A DNA stretch of 64,000 nucleotides from Octopus vulgaris (Eukaryota): NCBI GenBank assembly GCA_951406725.2, contig OX597814.1:135222001-135286000 (forward strand). Reading direction: 5' to 3'. Below are positions 51,630 to 63,799 of the stretch, piece by piece. Within the stretch, counting starts at the first letter, position 1; each line of letters opens with the position of its first letter. Below the pieces are notes generated by a model. It was not told where the DNA came from. It was given only the letters and a program-made list of their open reading frames with translations, and did no database searches. Both the position numbers and the translations under genes were made by a program.

Positions 51630-51761
51630 ATGGGGATATATTTAGCCGATTCCTTCTTTAATATCTTGCGTCAACAACCAGCTGTAAACACGGCAGCACA
51701 TTCAACGGTGGATCGTTTCTTACAGAAGGCAGAGGAAGAACAACGGCAACATACTCAGTAA
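51630..51761 (+). CDS. 43-aa upstream ORF MGIYLADSFFNILRQQPAVNTAAHSTVDRFLQKAEEEQRQHTQ, putative homolog of the PRL/PTP4A Mg2+-responsive uORF
   Basis: Clean ORF with 6 CpGs in 132 nt against a CpG-depleted background. The motifs M-G-I-x-L-x-D-S-F and H-S-T-V-D-R-F-L match my recollection of the vertebrate PTP4A uORF peptide (MAILxDSF...HSTLNRFL). Confidence 0.68.
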   Translation: MGIYLADSFFNILRQQPAVNTAAHSTVDRFLQKAEEEQRQHTQ

Positions 51762-51801
51762 AAACAAAAGAAGGATTAAAACACTGTTTACACCCAACAA
51801 A

Positions 51802-51843
51802 ATGAAGTATGATTTGCATCTTCCACTGAATTCCTTATTTTAA
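51802..51843 (+). CDS. Short uORF MKYDLHLPLNSLF
   Basis: ATG-to-TAA frame within the candidate exon. Confidence 0.25.
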   Translation: MKYDLHLPLNSLF

Positions 51844-52254
51844 AATTATTTTTTTATTGATTCCAACAACATCTCTATGTAGTCACTTAGATTTAAAATT
51901 TAACAGCCGTCACATACCTGTTGATAGGTGAGTTTCTAACTATTTTTCTTTTAATTATCTTGAGAATTTAAATGTTTTCATTTATGTTGACAGAGATAAC
52001 TTTTTATTTGCTATCTAAAAAAAAATGTATTAAGTAATTCTCTCAATTTATAATTGTGGAAACTGACTTTAGAAAATATTTTATTACTCATCTACTTGTT
52101 GAATTTTATGCAATTCACACATTTATTTCACGAGATGTTTGAATTTTATTTAAATGGTGAGCTACCAACAGGATGCAGTGATGATAATTCTCTTAGATGG
52201 AGAATTCAAATTTAATTCTTAACATGCGAGTTTAAATTACAATCTTAGAAACCT

Positions 52255-52660
52255 ATGACTCACTTTCTTTTCCCTATTCATTCCCTCTCTCCTTTATTCA
52301 CCCTTTCCCTTTCACACAAACATCTCTCTCTCTCTCTCACACTGCTCTCTACTTTTCTCACAGTTTTTCTTTCTCTTTCTCCCTCTGTGTCTCTCTTTCT
52401 CACACACTGCTCTCTTTCTCTCTCTCTCTCACACACACTGCTTTCTCTCTCTCTCTCTTTCACACACATACACACACACTGCTGTCTCTGTCTCTCTCTC
52501 ACACATACACACACTGCTCTCTCTCTTTCTCATACACACACACTGCTGTCTCTCTCTCTCTGTCTCTCTCACACACACACTGCTGTCTTTCTCTCACATG
52601 CTCCTCTCTTTCCTTCTTTCTGTCTTTCACACACATACAACTCTCTCTCACCTCACAACA
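52255..52660. repeat. Compound (CT)n/(CA)n minisatellite with a CACACTGCT unit
   Basis: Direct inspection. Confidence 0.9.
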
Positions 52661-52829
52661 TAGCATATTCAGGGTCCAGGCTACAGATGTAATGATTTTA
52701 ATCATATACATGTAGTCATACCTTTAAATATATTTTGATTTATATACCTATCTTTCTGTGTATTTATGTATACATTACCTAAGTGTCAAGTACACACATA
52801 CATACATCCACCCACATATATACACACCC

Positions 52830-53200
52830 ACACTTGCTTTTGCTTCTCTATTTTAACTCCTCCCATCAACTATGTTATCATCCCCACCTCCGTATTACTT
52901 CTCTACCAATCAACTTTGACATGACTGCACAGTTATCCTCACCTACTTATCAACTCTCCACCAATCAACTCTTATTCTTACTTCATACCAGTATACTCAT
53001 AACTATTGAAGAGTATTTATATAATTTATTCTTTAGTTGAATATCACAAACTATTGTGAATGTTTACTTGATAATGCATCATATTCTTTTATAATCTCCT
53101 TCTGAAGATGGCCACAGGTGCAGCTGAAAGTTTGAAATTACATATTTCGTTTCCTATGTCTTTCTCTTAATTAACATGCAGTTACTTATGAATATGTAAA
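52830..53200 (+). mobile_element. Penelope-like 3' region with degenerate HHR
   Basis: CTGAAGA TGGC cacaggtgc AGCT GAAA at 53102-53129, after a pyrimidine-rich UTR-like stretch. Confidence 0.4.
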
Positions 53201-53374
53201 ACTCAGTATAACTTTAAAATTCATACATTTGCATGAGTGTGGGGAGTGGGTAGGGTATGCTGGACATTCATTGTTATGAAACAAGGAAGACTATTCAATC
53301 AAATAATAAATTAATGATTACGATGTTCAGTTGATGCATTTGCTTGGAGTTCATTTTATTTGCATTCCCTAGTT

Positions 53375-53422
<48 letters not shown>

Positions 53423-53668
53423 CACACACATACATACATACATATATATATACTGCTTTGGGAACAGGGGATCTCAAAGTGTATAGAGCTATAAATAACA
53501 GTATATAAATATTGTTTTTTTGGTAGCTCTCAACTTTTTCTAGCCACAAAGTATTTTTCAACCCAATATTTATGTTACTATCTATTGTTTTATGTGCTTC
53601 AAGATCCACTGTCCTAAAAACAGAATTATTTTATCTTATCTTGAAAGTTTATAAATTCATATGACATC

Positions 53669-53746
<78 letters not shown>

Positions 53747-53826
53747 TATATACACACACAAACAAACACATATACACACACACATATATATATGTGCGTG
53801 TGTGTGTATAATATATATATATATAT

Positions 53827-53965
53827 AGGCACAGGTGGCTGTGTGGTAAGAAGCCTACTCCTCAGTCACATGGTTCTAGGTTCATTTCCACAGCGTGGCA
53901 CCTTGGACAAGTGTCTTCGACTATAACTTCAGGATATAGACAGAAGCTGAAAGAAGCCTTTGATA
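53827..53965 (+). mobile_element. SINE family B, 5' half
   Basis: Head consensus. Confidence 0.8.
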
Positions 53966-54411
53966 TACATATATATTTGTGTGTGTGTGTGTGTGTGTGA
54001 TAATTATTATCATAACAATAATCAATAAATTACATAAGGATTCCTCATATTGGTACAAAGCCACCAATTTGTTTGGTAGTAGGAGTAATCAACTGAATGA
54101 ACCCCATTATATTTATTACTTTATTGTCCCCAGAGGAATGAAGAGAAAATTAAAATCCCTGAAGTTTGGACTTAGAGCATAAAATGTTATGAGTAAAAAC
54201 TGCAAACCACAACAATTCTTTCTATTAAATATAATAAAAAAAAATCACCTAAAACTACTATGATAAATAAAAGAATGTAATTGTAGTAAGTAATGTTACA
54301 GATTTAATCCATTATTTTACTCTTCATCTTCACTGGTATGTTTGATAAAATTTTTGAAAAATGGATAAATATTTGTCAATGTTATTATTCAAATAACAAC
54401 CAACAACCTTA

Positions 54412-54464
<53 letters not shown>

Positions 54465-54487
54465 CATATACATATATATATATATAT

Positions 54488-54706
54488 GAGCTGGCAGACA
54501 CGTTAGCATGCCGGGCGAAATGCGTAGCTGTATTTCTTCTGCCGTTACGTTCTGGGTTGAAATTTTGCGGAGGTCGACTTTGCCTTTCATCCTTTCGGGG
54601 TCGATAAATTAAGTACCAGTTACGTACTAGGGTAGATGTAATCGAATTAATCCATTTGTCTGTCTTTGTTTGTCCCTTCTGTGTTTATCCCCTTGTGGGT
54701 TGTAAA

Positions 54707-54710
<4 letters not shown>
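54488..54710 (+). mobile_element. Young SINE family A in a (TA)n tract
   Basis: CpG-rich; near-identical to the 38367 copy. Confidence 0.88.
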
Positions 54711-54748
<38 letters not shown>

Positions 54749-54787
54749 TATATATACATATACATATATATATATATATATATTTAT

Positions 54788-55640
54788 ATCATCATTATTT
54801 AACGTCTGTTTTCCATGCTGGCATGGGTTCCATGGTTTGATAGGAGCTGGCCAGCCGAGGAGCTGCCCAGACTTCAAATTGTCTGTTGTGGCATGCTTTC
54901 TACAGGTGGATGCCCTTCCTAATGCTAACCATTTTACAGAGTGTGCTGGGTGCTTTTTATGTGCTACAGGTATGGGTGCATTTATGCAGCACCAGCACAA
55001 GTGCATTTTATGTGGTACTGGCATCTGTAAAGGACAAGCCTGTATATATGGGTGACAGTGATTTTACTTGGCTTGACACATCTTCTCAAGTACAGCAAAT
55101 TGCCACAATTCTCAGCTCCTTTTCATTTCCTCAGTGAGGCCCAGTGTCTGAAGATCTTTTCTCACCACTTGGCTTGACACATCTTCTCAAGTACAGCAAA
55201 TTGCCACAATTCTCAGCTCCTTTTCATTTCCTCAGTGAGGCCCAGTGTCTGAAGATCTTTTCTCACCACTTCATCCCATGCCTTCTGGGGTCAACTCCTT
55301 CACAGGCTCCCTCCACAATTAGAGCTTAGCACTTCTTTATGCAGCTGTCCTCATCCATATGTATCATGTGACTGTACCAGTGCAGTCTTCTTTTGCACAC
55401 AACATCTGATGTCTCTTATACCCAGTTTTCTTCAACACTTTGGTAGCTGTGATGCTATATATGTATTGTAAAAACAAAATGCTTGGCATTTCATCAGTTT
55501 GATGCGATGATTTGGAATAAAATACTTGAAAACAAGTAAAGATTGGTGTCAGGAAGTGCATCCGACTGTAGAATATAGTTTCTTATTTAACCCATTGCAG
55601 TATAGAAAATTGCTGACATAAAATATGATGATGACGACAC
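54788..55640. mobile_element. RTE-related composite repeat with an internal exact 101-bp tandem duplication (55066-55271)
   Basis: (CAT)n-TTTAACGTC start and inverted ...ATGATGATG end; the duplicated unit is bounded by ACTT microhomology. Confidence 0.75.
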
Positions 55641-55817
55641 AACATACACACACACATATGCAAACATGTGTGTATGAGTGCATATGTATATGTGTGCATG
55701 CACACACACAGAGTACTTAGTGTATATAGTAGAGTTTACCTAGAAGCAGCTTTGGAAATTATTTGAACAGTTGCCAGAAAGTATGAGTAGTGATGGAATG
55801 ACTAATTGGTTGTTTCC

Positions 55818-55878
<61 letters not shown>

Positions 55879-55892
55879 TATACACACACATA

Positions 55893-55926
<34 letters not shown>

Positions 55927-55932
55927 TATACA

Positions 55933-55980
<48 letters not shown>

Positions 55981-55982
<2 letters not shown>

Positions 55983-56527
55983 AAACTAGATGCATATATA
56001 TGGATCTTGCAAGGTACATCTTATTTTGTCTTGAGATATTTGTTCACTGAAAATACTCTACAACCACTGTCTATGTGACATAAATAGAGGAGGAATCTGT
56101 TATACTTCGTTTTTGTATCTGGTTACTTCCATATATAAAGGGTCATGAATGACCTTGGGATTGCACCTAGAAAGCTACCCTTCAAGGAACAAGTTCAGGC
56201 AAGGTTGTCTATGGATGACCAGCAGTAGCCCAAGCATACCAGCCTTCCCTCTACATGCCACTGATGTTATCTGAGGGAAAGGCAAAGGCCAGTACAGCTT
56301 GGCACCAGTCACATCACAACTCATTTCTACAACTGAGTGAACTGGAGCAATGTGAAATGTCTTGCTCAAGAACACAACACACAAGGAATTGAACTCACTA
56401 CCTTATGATTGTGATCCCGACACTCAAGCCACTGAGCCATAGGTGTGTGTGTGTATTTGTGTGTGTGTGTGCATGTGTGTGTGGGTGTTTGTGCATGTGT
56501 GTGTGTGTATGTGTGTATATGTATACA

Positions 56528-56582
<55 letters not shown>

Positions 56583-56674
56583 TATTAAAGGTCACCTTTA
56601 AATAAATAATATTTATCTTTCACTAGATGGAGTAATTTTATGTTGAATTTTCTATCATGGATCAGTACATTATA

Positions 56675-56707
<33 letters not shown>

Positions 56708-56835
56708 TTGGAAACTAGACATATGTGAACCTTGCAAGGTACATATTATTTTGTCTTTAGACACCTGTTCACTGAAAATGCTCTACAAATAGTTAGAAAT
56801 TAAAGCTATGCTCAATGTCTATGTGATGTAAATAA
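55981..56835. repeat. Two ~100-bp direct repeats (55981-56085 and 56710-56835), each following (TA)n
   Basis: GGAAACTAGA...CTTGCAAGGTACAT...GTTCACTGAAAATRCTCTACAA in both. Confidence 0.8.
56140..56442 (-). mobile_element. SINE family C (minus)
   Basis: Reverse complement of 27150-27462, with head TGGCTCAGTGGCTTGAGTGTCGG. Confidence 0.82.
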
Positions 56836-58929
56836 GCATAACAACTCACCCTAGACACATCAAAATCTGTTATATGTACTTTAAAAAATAAAAGCCCAAA
56901 ACATGGTAACCTTCCACAATGTTATGGAGATTTCTGCAGCAACTTGCTTCTTCAGTCAATGAACAAGTTTTGCTATAATAGTAGTTGCTCATGAAAAATT
57001 GAATATAAGATGACCAGAACAGATAAAGAAAAAATTCTGTATTACCAAGGTAGTGAAAATAAATACCTCTGGTGTATTCCACCAGGAGAGATATTAAATT
57101 ATTGTTGTCATCATCATTTTGCACCCATTCTTTGAACTGGCATGAGTAGGATAGGTTTTCACAATTTTAGTTATTATTTAAAATTATTTCCTTCTGAGAT
57201 GTATTGGGGTACCATATCTCACATGTATTTTTTTTCTTTTTGGCACGTCTTCTGTGCCTGAATGCCTTTCCTAACACCAGCTACTTTACCAAATGCACTG
57301 GGTACATTTTATTGTGCACCAGCGTGCGATAGGTTGTTATGTCCTCAGCAAAGTAAAGCTAAAGGGTGCTCTCAATCTGATATTGTCTGTAAGAAGACAA
57401 TGTTAGGGCAACATGAGTAATAGAGAAAGTGGAGGAGAGGGTGATAGCAAAAGATGAACTGGAGTAATAGGGAGAAAGAAGCAAAAGCATGAAGAAAGAA
57501 ACAGTAATTAGAGTAACAATGTGGAATATAAGAAAAAAGTGATACAGAGAGAGAGAGAGGTAGAGAGAGAGAGAGAATAACAAAGAGAGGAGAGTAAAGC
57601 AAGGTGCAATGAGAGAAACATAATAGAAGAGAGTAATTGGAGAGAGACATAGCAGCTACATCTTTACTGGTAAGAGCAAGAAATGGATAGCTATTGAAAT
57701 GGTTGGTGCTAAAAGTGTGTGATAGAGGTCTGCTATTACTTCAAGTCTACCCAAACCTTATAATTGAAATTGAGTAAATGGAAACTGCCCACAAATCTAT
57801 TTTTAATTTAATGATACAGATTTGTCATTTACTGTTCTTGCTAATTCTACCTAAAAATTATGTTAAGGGTGCATATGCCTGTAAAATGCTCAGCCACTCA
57901 CTTGTGAATTCAAAGAGCAGGCAATTTGGTTGATTGAGCAACTGAATACTCATCATCACAGACAACAAAGATTTATTACTTATATATACACACATGTGTG
58001 TGTCATCTGTGTATATGATAATCATCACCATCATCATTACCATTTCATGTCCATGTTCCATGCTGGCATGGATTGGATGTTTTGATAAGGATCAAATGAG
58101 TCAAGGATTGTATTGTGTTCCAGTGTCTGGTTTGGCATGGTTTCTGTAGCTAGACACTCATCCCAATACCAACTGCTTTGTAGTGTGTACTGAGAGCTTT
58201 CTTTGTGCCTTTGGCTCTACTGACGTCAGCATGTAGCTAACCAAGAAGCTCAAGGAAGGAGCATGTTGCCTCTGTTAGTTAGATAGTATGAAGGAAGAAG
58301 TTGGGAGAGAGCAAGTTCTTGTTGAGGAGCTACATGACTACTCACATTTTGGAAAGAGAGTGATCATGAATTAAAGGTATCTTCAAGGAGAAAGGTAGTG
58401 ATGGTCCATGTGGCACCTCAAGTCACAGGAGCAATAATGGGGGTTGCAAGAGTGTGTGGGGGAATTGGAAGAGTGGGATAGGCAACATCTGTTAGGACTG
58501 AGGGGAAGGATACTGGAATTGGGGAGGTTATAGGGATACTAATAGTATAGTAGTAATAATACTGTTGACAGTGGGATGAAGAGAAATGACATGTTTGGGT
58601 AGGCTTCAGGAGTGGAATAGAGAGATAAAACATGTGTAATGCATGACGTCTGGGGAGGGGGACAGCCACTGTAACATGTGGGTGTGGAGAACAATACTAA
58701 TGGATAAAGAATGGCTAGCAAATGAGATGGTTGTGGGTAGCAAGAGAGAAAAGTAGTATTGAAATGGGATGGGTGGGAAGAGCTGTAGTGGATGATATGG
58801 TGTGGGGTTTAGAGCAACATGAGGGGTATTAATTGATTGAGGTGCTCACATATGTGTGTGTGTGACTGTCTGTCTGTTTGCCTCTCGTTCTCTCTGCCCT
58901 TCTCTCTCTCTGTATATATGTATGTATAT

Positions 58930-59285
58930 TTTACTTTTTTTGGTCATTAGACTGTGGCCATGCTGGGGCACCACCTTGAAGTATTTTAGTTCACTGAATC
59001 GGTCCCAGTGCTTTTTTTTTTAAGCCTGGTACTTATTTTCTCAGTTTCTTTTGCCAAACTACTAATGTTACAAGGATGTAAACACACCAAAATTGGTGAT
59101 GAAAAACAAACATAGACACACTCACACTTGTGTGTATATATTTCCATCTACCAAATTCACTCGCAACGATTTGGTCAGCCCAAAGCTATAGTAGAAGACT
59201 CTTGACCAAAGTGCCATGCTATGGGACTGAACCCAGAAATATGTAGTGGGAGGCAAACTCTTACCACACAGCTATGCCTATGCTT
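58930..59285 (-). mobile_element. SINE family B (minus)
   Basis: Family consensus. Confidence 0.85.
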
Positions 59286-59380
59286 ATACATATGTATATA
59301 TACATATACATATCATCATCATTGGAAAATAGATGTTAAATGATGATGATGATATATATATAAAATTATTTATATATATA

Positions 59381-59422
<42 letters not shown>

Positions 59423-59429
59423 TTTATAG

Positions 59430-60150
59430 ATATCTCCCACATTACAGCTAACTCAGGTTATGGGATTTCATACTTACAGGATTTGTATGTTATGATCACT
59501 AATTTTACAATGTGTTGTGTAATTTCATCCTTAGGGAAATCTGGAGATGCTCTAAGAATTTAAAAACTACTTTTTCTTGTGAGTCTCTGACTGTTTGATA
59601 ATTCTTTAAGCTTCTATATCTTTCTTCTTCAAATTATCTTACAGACATTTTGGTCATTTGCTTTGCAGAACTCTGGAAGCCTTGATCTATCGTCATTTCT
59701 TGTACCCTATCCATAGCTTCCATGAACACCTTGGACATCATCTTTGCATTCTTCATCATATCTATTGCAATTGCAAGCTGTAATTAAGATGCCACTGTCA
59801 TTTGTCTTAGAGATTATCTGTAGAAAGGCCTCATATAAATGGTCCTTCTGTTCATCTTCAAGCCCTGACTGTTACCACTGAATTGTCAATAATTGACCTG
59901 AACTTCATTATCTTTAGTCTTACTCTAACTACATAGATTACCTTTTCCATTTCATAGCTTATGGCATACCTGATCCACCACTTCATCACTTGTTTCAAAC
60001 TCAGAAGAGTTTGTGCTCTTGTTCTTTGCCTGTGGGGATGGCCGAGGCCCCTTTCCAACTTACTTCCTGCACACAGCATAACATTAGTCCACTCCACTAA
60101 AGCATATCAACAACCTCTCCAGCACCTGCTTTCATTGTGCCAATGTTAGT
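59430..60150 (-). pseudogene. RTE LINE apurinic endonuclease domain remnant
   Basis: Minus strand: NIGTMK..AGEVVDML...CCVQEVSWKGASA...QSGLEDEQKDHLYE...QGVHGSYG*GTRNDDRSRLPEFCKAN. Confidence 0.82.
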
Positions 60151-60644
60151 TGTAGCAGCTCTAAAAATTTAAACCTGAGAAGGAATTAATGATGGTTTAG
60201 TTGAGTGGCGTCTGAATAGGAAATTTGGGGCAATTGTCTATCAATGAATGAGACATGCGTGGATAGATGGTTAGTTTTCTATTATTATTGCCATCTACCT
60301 CAATTCTCACACCTGCAGTAGTCATCGTAGATATTAAAAGAACTCATAAAAATAACAACTAGAGTTATATTTTTAGACACTTAGTATGACAATTTTTATT
60401 AAGATAAAGAAACAGGAAAGCTACCAAGTGGAAAGTGGCATCAAAAAGGTTTCTAGAAATTAGGCATTGGTGGGTGCATGGGGCACAATGGTTGCCTCTC
60501 CCCACTGCCAAAGATTTCCATTTAGCAATCAAATAAAATATATACCATAAGCAGAAGCTAGCTGTTGAGAAACAGGTTATCTCTAGCTCACAAAGTACAA
60601 GGCTTGTTGGCATAGCTGCATTATTTTACTAAATACTATTATTG

Positions 60645-60850
60645 TTGTTGTTTATCCCCTACTCTATTAACCTGGATTTAGCGTATTCTTAGTCAGAAGT
60701 ATTCAAACCATGACCATTCCTTTTTAGTGTACTTAGATCTACATTGTGTATCCCTCTTTTTTTAAGACAGTATGGTAGATATAACAGGAGGGAGATTTGT
60801 TGCTATTTCTAGCAGATCAAGTAACTGTGTAGAGTTTCTATCATCGGCTC
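60645..60850 (+). repeat. Old dispersed ~200-bp repeat (...GGAGATTTG-GCTATTTCTAGCAG...), more than a dozen copies in the window
   Basis: Related segments at about 5650, 6660(-), 9550(-), 11180, 13040(-), 16085, 21190(-), 23760(-), 36010, 39810, 40080, 61060 and 63370. Confidence 0.7.
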
Positions 60851-61459
60851 AAGTCATTTCCCATTAAATGTTACAACTAAGGCTGCCATGACAATATAAA
60901 AGACATGGCTGCTATGTGAAGTACATCACCTTTATTCTTGCATATGTTCTTGCCACGCCTATTGTCAAGACCAACTCTCTTTGTAGCAGTTTCTTTTATT
61001 CAGTCATCAGATCTGGAGCAATCTTCAAAAAACTGCAATTGTCATTGTTATCGTTATTTATCCTCAGGTCAGCTCTGATCCAACAGATCTATAATGAAGA
61101 GACACTGTCTATGATCATCTCATCTTTTCTGCATGCATAACATTATCTAAGCTACATTATCCAATGTGTCTTTTACTTATCTATTTAAGATGATGTGATA
61201 TAATGTCAAAGAGATTTGATTGCTATTTCTAGCAAGTTGAATCACCATGTAGAGGGTCTAGTTGGCTCATTCAGAAGCTGCATTTTTAGTTATAGAATCC
61301 AGGCTTCCAATAGTCAATTACATATATGTCTGCTGTCACTGGCTCTGCATGAGGTGTACTGAATAAGATATTAGCACACTGGATTCTCATATTACTTAAC
61401 TTGATAGGCAAAACTATTTACCATGTTCACAAAACACGCACAATATATATACATACATT

Positions 61460-61494
<35 letters not shown>

Positions 61495-61632
61495 CCTGAG
61501 AGAAACAGGTATATATTATCTGAGAGAAATTTTCTTTAAGTAGTAGAAATGCTAAGAAAATTTTTTTTGGCTGCTATTTCTACTAAGTTCAGTATGTGGC
61601 AAAGTAATTTATTTTACTAAGCCCTAATTATA

Positions 61633-61688
<56 letters not shown>

Positions 61689-61771
61689 CATATATATATA
61701 TATATATATGCACACACGCACACACATATATACATACACCCCCCCATATATATATATATATATGTATATGT

Positions 61772-62045
61772 ATATTGTATTTCAGAATGGTTATTTTTTT
61801 TCCCAAATAAACACATGCGCTATATATATGTTCTTCACTTGTTTATTACTGTTCTCATTTTAATTCATGTCCAGTGTCCAGAAATCTTTTGTCACACATC
61901 TGTGACCTCTTCAGTGACACCTTCCATCTTTGTGTGTGCTCCTGCTCCACTTAGTCCATTCTAATGGACTAAGCAGTCCTTTCAGAAACAACTGTCACTA
62001 GACTTTTAGTTGAATTCCTCAGTGTGACCAAGTGAGACTACATAT
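61772..62045 (-). mobile_element. Penelope-like terminal repeat with degenerate HHR (61874-61920)
   Basis: Minus strand: GTGTCA CTGAAGA G GTCAC agatgt GTGAC aAAA GATTTC TGGACAC; adjacent to (TA)n. Confidence 0.55.
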
Positions 62046-63600
62046 GTTGTTCAGGCTTAATTTGACAGTTTGCATAAAAGGAAAAAAGAAACACAGCATT
62101 CCCTCCAGAAATAAAAGTATTTTAAAAAGTAGAAAAATATCAACTAGATTATGGCTGGGAGATAACAGTTTGCTCAAAGTAGCTGTCCTTAGCTTCCATC
62201 AACAGCCACAAGATGGCTCTGGAACCTGGCACATGCATGTGTGTCAGTATTTTGACACCCGGCGTAAGTTATTATGATACAGGTAACTCTTTTCCAATGT
62301 TCAAATGGCTTCCAATTCTCCATGTCAGCTAACTTTTTCTCAACTACAACTAATCTTTATGTTCTCCAACACTGTTGACTGTTCACCAATACATCAAGCT
62401 GTTCCTCAAATAAGTAGACATAAAAAATTGTCGAATTTAGCCTGAACACCCTCTAGATATTATCCATCCATCTCATTCTTGGTCTACTCCTAGTTCTCCT
62501 GCTGGTTGGCTTGGCTTGAAGAATTCATCTTGTTCTTTTCTGCAGCATTCTATATCCCCAACTGCAGAAAAAAATTGTTCCCTTTCAATACTTCTTGATA
62601 CTTGTTAGTAAGATAGATGTGGATACAACTGAATTAAAATAATCTCCAATTGGGTACAGTAATTTGATGTCTGTGTACAATGAATGCAGTTTATTAACCC
62701 ACTGGTCTTCATTAATTATGAAAATGTATGTTTATAAAAAAATAGGATGTGCATGTAATACATATGAAACCCATTATTTGCTTAGTGTAATAATAATTTA
62801 TTTATTTATTTGATTATTTATTCCTTCAGTTTCTTTTAATGTGATTTACTTTAGTAGCTTAATTTTGAGACAGTTAATCATTTATAAATATTCTGTTCTG
62901 CTCTTACTTGTATCATATGACCTGTTATCTAGAAGAATGTCTAATGAAATGTTTCAGCTTTATATATTCTTTACAATAAACATTTATTTCCCCAGGATAA
63001 TTCAAAAGACACCAAAAACAAACAATCCAACAACAACAAAAACATAATGTGCAATAACTAATTACTGTCAGAAAATGTGTAGCATTTCATTAATCTCAGA
63101 AAGTATACAACACCTAATTAGTCTGGAACATCACTCAAGTACTCTCCAGACCTGTGGTTTGACATTTTAATTTACCTGAATATTCTTTTGATTATCTCAT
63201 GTGTGAGAAATCATATGACATCATTGCTCTACGTTCCTCTGAAAGGACAGAATGAAAAGCCTATATTTTGGCTGCAAGTATCAGTGAATATATTATATTC
63301 TCTTAGTTGTTATCTCTACCTTCATCCATATAATATTCTCTCCTTCCTTAAAAGTGTATCTGTAATTATTGTTTAGCCCTGGATCAGTCCTGACTGAGCA
63401 CAATTACAATCAGGGCCAACATTCCTGCTATGACAATCTTTTCATTTTGTGTGCCAAAATTGCATAGTCCTTTCAGTTTTGAGACCTTAAGATGTCATTT
63501 AAGGGTTACTCAGCTGTTGTTCTGGCTTGCTATGTGATATCATGGCAAAACCCTTGGTTGTAGCCATGCATATATGTTTGGATGTACATATATACTGATA

Positions 63601-63602
<2 letters not shown>

Positions 63603-63656
<54 letters not shown>

Positions 63657-63673
63657 AGAGAGAGAGAGAGAGA
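63603..63673. repeat. (TG)n/(GA)n microsatellite
   Basis: Direct inspection. Confidence 0.95.
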
Positions 63674-63763
63674 GGTCTACATAAATGTTAAAATAAAAAA
63701 AACAATTCAAGCTTAACACAAGATTTGATAAATACAGTATTATGCTTTAATAGGAAGAGAAAG

Positions 63764-63799
63764 TCTTAACGTTTTGGAGGATAGTCCTTCATCAGAAGA
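63764..63799 (-). ncRNA. Minimal Penelope-type HHR with one core mutation
   Basis: Minus strand: TCTT CTGATGA A GGA ctatcc TCC aAAA CG T T AAGA, with a palindromic AACGTT stem III. Confidence 0.55.

Larger units (their letters stand above)
51523..51927 (+). other. Candidate 5'UTR exon (405 nt) with multiple uORFs
   Basis: Polypyrimidine tract of about 65 nt plus TAG acceptor (51520-51522), consensus donor TAG|GTGAGT (51928), unique non-repetitive sequence. Confidence 0.72.
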
